Source: a virus. From it: a DNA stretch of 64,000 bases. Position 1 is the stretch's first letter; each line of letters begins with the position of its first letter. Below are positions 18,389-26,701 of this stretch, in pieces. Made by a program: the position numbers and the translations under genes. The stretch spans positions 64,001 to 128,000 of IMG/VR virus record IMGVR_UViG_3300025728_000008; one strand, written 5' to 3'. The notes beneath the pieces were generated by a model that worked only from the letters and a program-made list of their open reading frames with translations, ran no database searches and had not been told where the DNA came from.

Positions 18389-18467
18389 ATAGTAAGGACA
18401 CCACCTTACACAGTGTACAAATTTTAGTTCGGGATATTGCTACCAACTTTATCCCGAAACATTTTTT
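18389..18467 (+). ncRNA. Candidate ~80-nt sRNA with its own promoter and terminator
   Basis: Hairpin GTAAGG-acacca-CCTTAC, then terminator TTCGGGATA...TATCCCGAA-acATTTTTT; no plausible coding gene. Confidence 0.5.
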
Positions 18468-18497
18468 AAAAAGTTTTAAATAATCTAAGATATCTAG

Positions 18498-18526
18498 TTG
18501 ACAAGCATAAAATATTATGATATAAT
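18498..18526 (+). promoter_or_regulatory. sigmaA promoter of the tRNA operon
   Basis: TTGACA-agcataaaatattatga(17)-TATAAT. Confidence 0.9.
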
Positions 18527-18557
18527 GAGATTATCAAGTTACGTAATTAACTTTTAT

Positions 18558-18632
18558 TGGGAAGTAGCGTAGTGGTAGCGCAACAGGCTGTTAACCTGTA
18601 GGTCGTGGGTTCGAATCCCACCTTCTCAGCCA
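18558..18632 (+). tRNA. trnN: tRNA-Asn(GTT), CCA encoded
   Basis: Acceptor TGGGAAG/CTTCTCA; anticodon arm ACAGG-CTGTTAA-CCTGT; GGTTCGAATCC. Confidence 0.95.
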
Positions 18633-18635
18633 TAC

Positions 18636-18708
18636 GGTTTGGTAGCTCAGTTGGTAGAGCAGATGACTGAACATCATCGTGTCGGTGGTTCGATTCCATC
18701 CCAAACCA
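18636..18708 (+). tRNA. trnF: tRNA-Phe(GAA), no CCA, atypical C37
   Basis: GGTTTGG/CCAAACC; GATGA-CTGAACA-TCATC; GGTTCGATTCC. Confidence 0.9.
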
Positions 18709-18714
18709 TAATAT

Positions 18715-18791
18715 TTCGGAGTAGACAAACTGGTAAAGTCGCTTGGCTTTGACCCAAGAGCGTGAAGGTTCGACTCCTTCCTCCGAAGCCA
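18715..18791 (+). tRNA. trnQ: tRNA-Gln(TTG), CCA encoded
   Basis: TTCGGAG/CTCCGAA; CTTGG-CTTTGAC-CCAAG; GGTTCGACTCC. Confidence 0.93.
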
Positions 18792-18794
18792 TAT

Positions 18795-18868
18795 GGGAGT
18801 ATAGTTTAGTGGTAAAACAACGGTCTCCAAAACCGTAGTCAGAGGTTCGATTCCTTTTGCTCCTGCCA
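18795..18868 (+). tRNA. trnW: tRNA-Trp(CCA), CCA end encoded
   Basis: GGGAGTA/TGCTCCT; ACGGT-CTCCAAA-ACCGT; GGTTCGATTCC. Confidence 0.95.
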
Positions 18869-18885
18869 TATAAAATTAATATCAC

Positions 18886-18958
18886 GTGGGTATGGGGCAG
18901 TTGGTAGCCTACTGGCTTTGGAAGCTAGATGTCGCAGGTTCGAGTCCTGCTACCCGCA
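18886..18958 (+). tRNA. trnP: tRNA-Pro(TGG), no CCA, A37
   Basis: GTGGGTA/TACCCGC; CTGGC-TTTGGAA-GCTAG; GGTTCGAGTCC. Confidence 0.9.
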
Positions 18959-18964
18959 TTTCAT

Positions 18965-19038
18965 GTCTCATTGGTCTAGCTTGGTTAAGATTTCTGGCTT
19001 CCACCCAGACGACATCGGTTCGAATCCGATATGGGACT
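18965..19038 (+). tRNA. trnG: tRNA-Gly(TCC), no CCA
   Basis: GTCTCAT/ATGGGAC plus U73; TCTGG-CTTCCAC-CCAGA; GGTTCGAATCC. Confidence 0.88.
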
Positions 19039-19074
19039 TAGATTTAAAATAACAAAACCAAAGGGGATGTTTTC

Positions 19075-19659
19075 ATGGAAAAACGCACATTAACAATTAA
19101 AAGAGGTTTAACACGTTTAAATACAATCGAGTCTCAATTATCTGATGTAGTAGCTAAGATTCAAAAGTATGGTGCAATTTCTTCTAAAGAGAAAGTTGAT
19201 TTAGTAGATACAAAAGTTGCTCGTGACAAGAATCATGAATTGGCTCGTGGAGAGATTTCATCATTGTACCAAAAGCATCAAGACTTGTTAGCTGAATATA
19301 GTAAGATTAAATCAGCAATTAATAAGTCCAACCTAGTAACAAATGTTGAAATTGCAGGAAAGGTAATGACACTTGCCGAAGCATTGTTGATTGAAAAAGA
19401 TACACGTTTCAAAATTCAACAATTAACACAAGCATATACTTTCTCAGTATCTCGTGCAGAAGGTCGAGTTGAAACTTACAACGCTAGATTAAATAAAGAA
19501 AACTTGACAAGTGATGAGTTAGAGACAGCTATGGCACAAGTAGAATATTTAGTTGATTCTGCTGAAATTAAAAAACACCAAGAGTTTTTAAGTGAGTTTG
19601 TCGTAGAAATCAATGGTGTCATTGATGAGTCAAACATCGCAACAACGATTGAACTTTAA
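19075..19659 (+). CDS. DIP1984-like (septicolysin-like / DUF6847) coiled-coil protein
   Basis: 194 aa; IKSAINKSNLVTNVEIAGKVMTLAEAL and C-terminal VDSAEIKK...EINGVIDESNIATTIEL match my recollection of the family pattern (IN..N..T..MTLAEAL; ...D..I...N..T.L). Confidence 0.65.
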   Translation: MEKRTLTIKRGLTRLNTIESQLSDVVAKIQKYGAISSKEKVDLVDTKVARDKNHELARGEISSLYQKHQDLLAEYSKIKSAINKSNLVTNVEIAGKVMTLAEALLIEKDTRFKIQQLTQAYTFSVSRAEGRVETYNARLNKENLTSDELETAMAQVEYLVDSAEIKKHQEFLSEFVVEINGVIDESNIATTIEL

Positions 19660-19680
19660 GTAACAACTGATTTTTAGATG

Positions 19681-19962
19681 TATTGCTTGCATAACGATGT
19701 AAATCGACAAAAACAATCAACCCTTAAACTACATAATTTGTAGAAATATGAGAACAAACTACTTAGGATAAAGTGGTCTGTATTATACAGCGATGAATAG
19801 CATTCAGCATATTAGGGTTTAGTGTTTAGCATATTAACTTGATTAGCGGTTTAGGATTTAGTTTCATAGTATTTTTCCAAACCCTAGAATAAAACTTTTC
19901 ACAATAGTGATTGGTGATGATTTCCAAGTCGATTTGATATCTAGGCTGTTATGTAAGCAATA
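19681..19962 (+). ncRNA. Structured ncRNA with internal UAG-ending repeats
   Basis: Closing stem 19681-19695/19948-19962 (15 bp, one G-U); second stem 19696-19708/19928-19941; internal hairpins; about ten 7-8 nt repeats at 19795-19869. Confidence 0.75.
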
Positions 19963-20035
19963 TTATTATTTATAATATTATCTAAGAATCTATATATAGA
20001 GAAGAAAAAATTTGAGAATACAAGGGGATAGAGAT

Positions 20036-20263
20036 ATGAAGAATCGTAGAGAGCGTAGAGAAGAAGCACGTAAAAATAAAACAAAGTTTGAACCACAATA
20101 CAAATCAGCATTAAGACGTATTCCTGCACATGTGAAACAAAACGAAGATGGTACATATACAACTGTAGAAGCACAAGAAGTATTTGTCGGTGGCGAACCT
20201 CGCTCCTACAAAGAAGTATTTGAATCTAATTCAGATACAGAAGCAACAGCAACAACTGAATAA
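20036..20263 (+). CDS. Hypothetical protein with NRRERR motif (ORF track start 20012)
   Basis: RBS AGGGGA before ATG 20036. Confidence 0.7.
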   Translation: MKNRRERREEARKNKTKFEPQYKSALRRIPAHVKQNEDGTYTTVEAQEVFVGGEPRSYKEVFESNSDTEATATTE

Positions 20264-20368
20264 TTTCTTGCATAATGCAAGTGGTCGGGAAGAGAAATAG
20301 AAAAGTCAAGAGCCTTGTGTTCTTGGCTTATTCTAGTATAAATAAATAAGAATAAAGGGGTAATTAGA

Positions 20369-20590
20369 ATGGCAAAGCGTACAAATTCATTTTCTGTTAA
20401 AGGTGAGCTTAATATGGCAGAAGGTGTAGTTTATGAAACTAAAAAGGATACAGTAGAAACTATTCCATTTTTTGAACACTTAAAATCATTTGATGGCAAA
20501 GTTGTTAAGATTTCTATTGTAGAAGATATTGAGATTTATGGTGTAGATGAAGATGACGATTATGAAGAAGAAGTTGAGGACGAAGAATAA
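20369..20590 (+). CDS. YonK-like protein
   Basis: MAKRTNSFSVKG...LKSFDGKVVKISI, acidic tail; position matches SPbeta yonK upstream of the phosphoesterase. Confidence 0.7.
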   Translation: MAKRTNSFSVKGELNMAEGVVYETKKDTVETIPFFEHLKSFDGKVVKISIVEDIEIYGVDEDDDYEEEVEDEE

Positions 20591-20609
20591 GAATTGGAGT
20601 GATTGAGAT

Positions 20610-21851
20610 ATGCGGTCATATACGAATAAACAAGGTGACAAAATTTCTGTAACAGAAGACCATTTGAATACAGCAGTACAGATTAAATTAGAATTACAAA
20701 AGGCTTCCCCTTCTGGATTATGTCAATGGGCGGTCTTAGTAAAAATGATGGAAGAAGAAGGTTATTTTGATGCAGACAATAATGAATCCTATCGTTGTCT
20801 TATAAAAGCATATCAAGATAAAATCGGCAAACTTCCAACTCGTGAAAAGCGTGAAAACTTTGTATCTGATAAGTTACTTACTTCTATTAAAAACAAAGTT
20901 GGAGAAATCTACATTGCAAAACGTGCCAATCAAGGTGTGTTAAAAGAATTAAATAAAGTAAAACGAGATGTAACAGATTCTATTTTAGTTGCAGAAGAAA
21001 TTCGTGAAGTATTAGAAAATTATGATTTTACAGAATTACAATTTAAAGCAGAAGAACTTAAAATTAATAACAAAGCTAAAATGATTGTTAGTTTGTCAGA
21101 TTTACATATTGGGGCATTAGTGGATAATAAGGTGAATAAATACAATTTTGAAATTGCTAAAAACCGTTTATCAAAATATTTAAACAGATTAATTGCAGAA
21201 ATTAAGATTAATGGAATCACAGATGTATATGTAATGAATACAGGAGATACAATTGAACATTCCTCTATGAGATTTGGTCAAGGAGCAGGAATTGAATTTA
21301 CATATTCAGAACAGATTGTAAGAGCATCTGATATCATTCAGAAGTTTCTAATGGCTCTCTCAGAGCATGTAAATGTAACATATGCAGGTATAGCTGGCAA
21401 TCATGACCGTGTGGATGGAGACAAAAATAAAAGTCTTGATGGAGACCATGCAGTAAAGGCTATAAACTATACAATTGAGCAATTCATTATTAATACGAAG
21501 AATACAAGAATTAAATACGAACAAGCAGAAGATTACAAGCATACATTTACTTTTGGTGGAAAGAACGTATTAGCGTTACATGGAGATTTAGATAATCAGA
21601 ATGATGCAAAATTACTATCTACACATTCAGAGCTTGACGGAATTGAATATGACTTAGTATTAATGGGTCACACACATACAAGATTTGTGAAAGAAGTTTT
21701 CGACAACAAATTTATTTCAGTTAGTGCGAGTTTAAAAGGTGCAGATAATTTTTCAGTTAATAAGTTGAGAAAGGTTTCCTCACCGTCACAAAGCTATCAC
21801 ATTATTCATGAAGATGGCGAAATTGAAGTGCGATGGGTAACTTTTAAATGA
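20610..21851 (+). CDS. Calcineurin-like metallophosphoesterase (YonJ-like)
   Basis: SDLHIG, GDTIE, GNHDR, HGD, GHTH motifs. Confidence 0.88.
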   Translation: MRSYTNKQGDKISVTEDHLNTAVQIKLELQKASPSGLCQWAVLVKMMEEEGYFDADNNESYRCLIKAYQDKIGKLPTREKRENFVSDKLLTSIKNKVGEIYIAKRANQGVLKELNKVKRDVTDSILVAEEIREVLENYDFTELQFKAEELKINNKAKMIVSLSDLHIGALVDNKVNKYNFEIAKNRLSKYLNRLIAEIKINGITDVYVMNTGDTIEHSSMRFGQGAGIEFTYSEQIVRASDIIQKFLMALSEHVNVTYAGIAGNHDRVDGDKNKSLDGDHAVKAINYTIEQFIINTKNTRIKYEQAEDYKHTFTFGGKNVLALHGDLDNQNDAKLLSTHSELDGIEYDLVLMGHTHTRFVKEVFDNKFISVSASLKGADNFSVNKLRKVSSPSQSYHIIHEDGEIEVRWVTFK

Positions 21852-21875
21852 AAAACATTTTAATAAGAAAGAAGA

Positions 21876-22433
21876 TTGATGATGATGATGAATGAAGAAA
21901 GATTGGAATTGTTGGAGTATTTAAAAACTTTATCGGAATTGAATAAGAATGGATTCAAGTGTGGCAAAGAAATTACAGATGTATTAACAAGCCTACATAA
22001 GAATGGATACAATTTTGACAATGAAGAAACAGAAAGATTAAAAAGATTTGAAGAAATTGAAAAGAAATTAAAATTGGAAATTGCTTTTTCTGGAGATAAG
22101 CAGAAGCCAATGTATGGAAAATTAATTCGAGTATCAGAAAAAGAAAGAGGGTTAGGAAAGACTACATTATTGATTAATGCATCTTTAAAATATGATATCC
22201 CAATAGTTGTTGGTACAAAACACTTAATAGATGTTGTGAAGAAAAAAGCAAAAGCAATGTATGGTGAAAAAACAGAAGTCTCAGTATTATTAGCTAGTGA
22301 AGACCAGTTAGCAGGACGTAGGTTGCCTAATGGTGTTTTAATAGATTGTCAAATTGGTTTATTCGATTATATGACAGTTAAGAAGTGGTGTTTAATCCGT
22401 GGTGGATTCTATCATGACAGAGAATTTATTTAA
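21876..22433 (+). CDS. Hypothetical protein with a P-loop-like motif
   Basis: ERGLGKTTLL and GVLID; start codon uncertain. Confidence 0.55.
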   Translation: MMMMMNEERLELLEYLKTLSELNKNGFKCGKEITDVLTSLHKNGYNFDNEETERLKRFEEIEKKLKLEIAFSGDKQKPMYGKLIRVSEKERGLGKTTLLINASLKYDIPIVVGTKHLIDVVKKKAKAMYGEKTEVSVLLASEDQLAGRRLPNGVLIDCQIGLFDYMTVKKWCLIRGGFYHDREFI

Positions 22434-22453
22434 GATAAAAGAGCGATTTTATC
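22434..22453. promoter_or_regulatory. Palindromic site GATAAAA-N6-TTTTATC (copy 1)
   Basis: GATAAAAgagcgaTTTTATC; second copy at 34227. Confidence 0.5.
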
Positions 22454-22588
22454 AAAATACATACAAAAGTGCTTTGTAAAGCACTAATATATGAAGGGTA
22501 TTTTAAAGTGTCTCAATCGCAACTCTCCCTGTGGTTGGGACATCTAATAAATATCCTTTTCATATTGTGTGTAAAAGGAGTGAAGTAA

Positions 22589-23497
22589 TTGAGTACTAGG
22601 AAGAAAAAAGAGCCAACGCCTAAAAAGGAATGTTCATCTTGTGGTAATAACAAGGCAGTAACATATTTCTTTAAGGTTGATAGTCCACTGTTTCCAGATG
22701 GAAGAATTAATACGTGTCGTGATTGTGTTCGTAAACAAGTTGATATAAATGACTTAGAACAAGTAATTACATTCTTACGACAAATTGATAAACCTTTTAA
22801 TCAGAAGTATTGGGATGAAGCATTAAAATCTAAGAATCATCCACTAGGAGAATATGTTCGTAAAATAAACTCTCTTAATCAAGTAAAAGATAAAAGCTTT
22901 GATGATAGTCCTGCTGTTGGTATCGGTACTAGTCTTGATATCCAAGCTTCACAAGCCCTTGATACAATTGAAAGGGAAGATGGAGAGATTATTGAGTATT
23001 CTGATTCACTAGTTTCACGTTGGGGAATCGGATACCAAAAGCATGAATACTTACGATTAGAGAAGTATTACCAAGACATGATGATGAGTTATGAAATTAA
23101 AGATATCAACCATCGTCAAATGTTAAAGAATTTAGCAAAATTATCTGTAGAATTAGATAATGCATTAGCAAGAAAAGATTTTACACAGTATAGTAAGATT
23201 AATAAAGAATATGACATTATGTTGAAGTCTTCTGGTTTCAGACCAGTAGATAAAAAGAGTGGTTCAGAAGCTAGTGGTATGATGTCATTCTCTCAAGTTT
23301 GGGCAGAAATTGAAAAAGAAGGATTTGTTCCACCTAAACTTATTGACTTTAAAAAAGATGACATTGATTACATGTTAATGTATTACCAACAATTCGTACA
23401 GAGATTAGTTGACAAGCCTGTTACTGTTGAGCCAGATACAGAGTGGCGAGATGAGGTTATAGACTATGAATCAGAATCAGAAGAAGAAGAAAACTAA
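22589..23497 (+). CDS. Putative terminase small subunit (YonG-like) with Zn finger
   Basis: CSSC...CRDC; directly upstream of and overlapping terL. Confidence 0.65.
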   Translation: MSTRKKKEPTPKKECSSCGNNKAVTYFFKVDSPLFPDGRINTCRDCVRKQVDINDLEQVITFLRQIDKPFNQKYWDEALKSKNHPLGEYVRKINSLNQVKDKSFDDSPAVGIGTSLDIQASQALDTIEREDGEIIEYSDSLVSRWGIGYQKHEYLRLEKYYQDMMMSYEIKDINHRQMLKNLAKLSVELDNALARKDFTQYSKINKEYDIMLKSSGFRPVDKKSGSEASGMMSFSQVWAEIEKEGFVPPKLIDFKKDDIDYMLMYYQQFVQRLVDKPVTVEPDTEWRDEVIDYESESEEEEN

Positions 23498-25166
23498 TGG
23501 TGGCACTTATGATGCTGTTAAGGATGAATTTAGAAAATCCTTATCGTTCTTTAGAGAATACCCAGACTATTTTATAGATTATATTAAAACAGATATTACA
23601 CGTTTTGACTTAACACCATTCCAACGTGTTTTCTTGAGGTCATTCTTTAGAAATAAAAAAGTAGGAATAGTGGCAAGTCGTGGTATTTCTAAGACTTACA
23701 TAGATGTAATGGCGCATTATTTAAAATGTATGATGTATCCAGATGCTAGTATCTGTTTAGCAATGCCTACAAAAACTCAGTCAGCTAAAGTTGTTCAAGA
23801 GAAAGTAGAAGAACTTTGGAGAGATTATCCTATCTTAAAGAATGAGTTATTGGATTGGAAGTTCCAAAAGGATTATGTGAGCTTAAAATTCCGAAATGGT
23901 TCATCACTTGATACTTTAACAGTTGGAGAATCATCTCGTGGTCTACGTGCAAATGGTATTGCATTAGAAGAGATTGTTGATGAGAAAATGGATAGAGATA
24001 CAATCAATAACGTTATCCTTCCAATCTTAGCACAACCACGTATGACAAAGCATGGTGCAGACCCTAATGAATATTCAAAGACTCAAGCATATATCACTAC
24101 TGCTTCACATAAACAATCTTATTGTTATGAGAAATACATGGAATTGTTCAATGAAATGGTTAATGGACAACCTACTATTGTATTAGGTAGTTCTTATGAA
24201 ATGGGTACAAGATTTGGTACATTAGATTTTGCAGATGTTATTGAGAAGAAAAATTCAGCTACATATTCTCCTTTATCATTTGATAGAGAGTATGGAAGTA
24301 TTTTTACAGGTTCAAATGAACGTTCACTAGTAACTGTTGAAGAGATTACTAGATGTAGAACTGTTGAAGAAGCAGAGTTTAGGGTTGACCCTAATACAGC
24401 TAAGAAAAAAGATAAAGATGCAATTTACGTTCTTGCTTATGATATTGCTCGTGCAGAAGGTAAACAGACTGCTAACTCATCTTTAGCTGTAATTAAAGCT
24501 GTTCCTCGTGGAGATGGAACATTCCAGAAGTTCTTAGTAAATATGTTTACTAAAGAAGGTACACACTTTCATGAACAAGCATTATTCTTGAAAAAGAAAG
24601 TAGTAGAATATAATGCAAGTGTTTTAGTTCTTGACCATAACGGTATTGGTCGAGGGGTTACAGATGTTCTTGTAACAGAGATTGATGCAAACCCACCATA
24701 TAGTGTAACTAACGATGATAGATATGATAGATATAAGAAAGCAAATAGTGTTCCTATGTTGCATCTAATCCAAGCGCAAGCAAAAGATTCTAAGAATACG
24801 AATATCGTAAACGTATTTATGTCAACGATTCAGAATGGTGACATCTTTATGTTGAAGTCAGAATCAAATATGCGAAGTATTATTAGAGATAGAGATGGAA
24901 ACAGATTAGCTGAAAAGCTTATGCCACACATTCAAGTTGACAGAATGATTGATGAAATCATGAACTTAGAATATGTACAGACAGGAAATACAACAAATGT
25001 TAAACAGATTTCTAGAAGTATTGAGAAAGATAGATATTCTGCTTTAGCTTATGGAGTTTTCTATCTATATCAATTAGAACAAAAAAATAAGCAAAGAAAG
25101 AAACAAAGTTTCGATGCTTCAAGTTTCTTTGCAGTCAAAGAAGCTAAATACAGAATTTGGAATTAA
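23466..25166 (+). CDS. terL: Terminase large subunit
   Basis: LTPFQR, ASRGISKT, RGLRANGIALEE, YITTA; RNaseH-like YDIAR, LDHNGIG, KDRYSA. Confidence 0.92.
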   Translation: MNQNQKKKKTNGGTYDAVKDEFRKSLSFFREYPDYFIDYIKTDITRFDLTPFQRVFLRSFFRNKKVGIVASRGISKTYIDVMAHYLKCMMYPDASICLAMPTKTQSAKVVQEKVEELWRDYPILKNELLDWKFQKDYVSLKFRNGSSLDTLTVGESSRGLRANGIALEEIVDEKMDRDTINNVILPILAQPRMTKHGADPNEYSKTQAYITTASHKQSYCYEKYMELFNEMVNGQPTIVLGSSYEMGTRFGTLDFADVIEKKNSATYSPLSFDREYGSIFTGSNERSLVTVEEITRCRTVEEAEFRVDPNTAKKKDKDAIYVLAYDIARAEGKQTANSSLAVIKAVPRGDGTFQKFLVNMFTKEGTHFHEQALFLKKKVVEYNASVLVLDHNGIGRGVTDVLVTEIDANPPYSVTNDDRYDRYKKANSVPMLHLIQAQAKDSKNTNIVNVFMSTIQNGDIFMLKSESNMRSIIRDRDGNRLAEKLMPHIQVDRMIDEIMNLEYVQTGNTTNVKQISRSIEKDRYSALAYGVFYLYQLEQKNKQRKKQSFDASSFFAVKEAKYRIWN

Positions 25167-25178
25167 TAGGAGGTGTAA

Positions 25179-26678
25179 TTGTTGGAACAAGCTAAAGAAA
25201 CAACGGAAAGAAAAAGTCTTATGCAATTTGATAGAATGGCTTTTCAAAGATTGATTGTTAATGATTTGAAGAAGTCAAGAGATGGACGTAAATTTTTCAA
25301 GAAATATACTCAAAAAGAAGTTCGTGAAATTGTTGAAAATTTCAGAGAAGAAAAAAATCAATTAGCTCTTATTGAGATTTCTAATGGATTATTTGCAAAG
25401 AGTCCTCAGTATCAACGTTTAATATGGTATCTTTCTAATATGGCATTATTCTCACATGTTATTACTCCTATTAAGGATATCAGAAAACTTAATAAAAGTA
25501 AAGTACATAAGCAGTACACTGAAATAGGTGAACTTGTTAAGCTTATGGAATTACGTCATGAGATGTCAAAAGTCTTATCGACAGCTTTTAAAGAAGATGT
25601 TTTCTATGGATATATTCATAGAGATAAAAAATCATTCTACATTCAACCTATTAAATATGATATTTGTAGAATCACATCTGTAGAAGATGGTGTTTTCAAC
25701 TATAGTATTGACATGAGATACTTTGAGAAAGACGAAGAAAGACTTGTACAATATGGGAAAGAAGTCCAAGAAAAATACTTTAACTGGAAAAAGGTTAAAA
25801 GTGTAAATGGAAAAGTAGATTCATTTATTGAACTTAGTGCAGAAAATACTATCTGTATTAAAATTAATGAGAATATGACTAATGAAATCTTCCCTCCATT
25901 TGCAGGTTCGTTTGATGCAATCTTTGATATCGAAGGATTTAAAGAATTGCGTAAGACAAAAGAAGAACTAGGTAACTATATGATTTTAACTCAACAGCTA
26001 CCTATGAGACCAGACAGTGAAGATAATAATGATTTCGCTATTGATGAAGATACAATGAGATTCTTCCATGAGATGGCAAGTAATACTGTCCCAGATAATG
26101 TTGGTATTATCACATCTCCAATGAAAATTGAGCCAGTTAAGTTTGAAAGAGATAGAGCAGATAGTGATGGCGTTCAAAAGGCACAACGTGACCTTTGGGA
26201 CGGATTAGGAGTTTCTAACCTGTTATTCGGTGCAGATAAATCTACTTCACAAGGATTAACAATGTCTATCAAATCAGATGAGCAAATTGTTTTCGGTGTA
26301 TTGACACAGATACAAAGATGGCTTAATAGATATTTAAAAAATGAATTTAAAGATTTAATGTTTAATATAAATATACTGCATGTAACTCAATACAACAGAG
26401 ATGAAATGTTCAAGATGTATTTAGAAGCAGGACAGTATGGTGTTCCAGTTAAGAGTCATGTTTGTGCGGTTGTTGGTTTAGACCCAATCGAAACAATGAA
26501 TATGGCATATCTGGAAAACGATATATTAGAAATGCAAGATAACTTTGTTCCTATGATGTCTTCACACACAATGGGTGGAGAAGAGTTAGCACAACAAACA
26601 GATGGAAGACCGAAGAAAGACCCTAAAAAGGTATCGGATGAAACTGCTCGTGCAAAGGACAAACCAAACGCAGAATAA
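25179..26678 (+). CDS. Portal protein
   Basis: 499 aa directly after terL; SPbeta YonE synteny; GRP motif near the C-terminus. Confidence 0.8.
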   Translation: MLEQAKETTERKSLMQFDRMAFQRLIVNDLKKSRDGRKFFKKYTQKEVREIVENFREEKNQLALIEISNGLFAKSPQYQRLIWYLSNMALFSHVITPIKDIRKLNKSKVHKQYTEIGELVKLMELRHEMSKVLSTAFKEDVFYGYIHRDKKSFYIQPIKYDICRITSVEDGVFNYSIDMRYFEKDEERLVQYGKEVQEKYFNWKKVKSVNGKVDSFIELSAENTICIKINENMTNEIFPPFAGSFDAIFDIEGFKELRKTKEELGNYMILTQQLPMRPDSEDNNDFAIDEDTMRFFHEMASNTVPDNVGIITSPMKIEPVKFERDRADSDGVQKAQRDLWDGLGVSNLLFGADKSTSQGLTMSIKSDEQIVFGVLTQIQRWLNRYLKNEFKDLMFNINILHVTQYNRDEMFKMYLEAGQYGVPVKSHVCAVVGLDPIETMNMAYLENDILEMQDNFVPMMSSHTMGGEELAQQTDGRPKKDPKKVSDETARAKDKPNAE

Positions 26679-26701
26679 ATCTTTAAAGGAGGTGAAAGGG
26701 A

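Noticed and set aside
18547-18885. Minus-strand ORFs of 112 and 92 aa
   Set aside because: They are antisense shadows of the tRNA genes.
19795-19869. Repeats as a TRAP site, CRISPR array, type III antitoxin array or telomere (TTAGGGTTTAG)
   Set aside because: TRAP sites have a 5-nt period whereas this is 7-8. There are no 25-45 nt repeats or spacers and no cas or toxN gene. The telomere-like word occurs only once.
19941-20174. 77-aa hydrophobic minus-strand ORF as a type I toxin
   Set aside because: It is antisense to a gene with a good RBS and has no RBS or promoter of its own; the hydrophobicity follows from the purine-rich plus strand.
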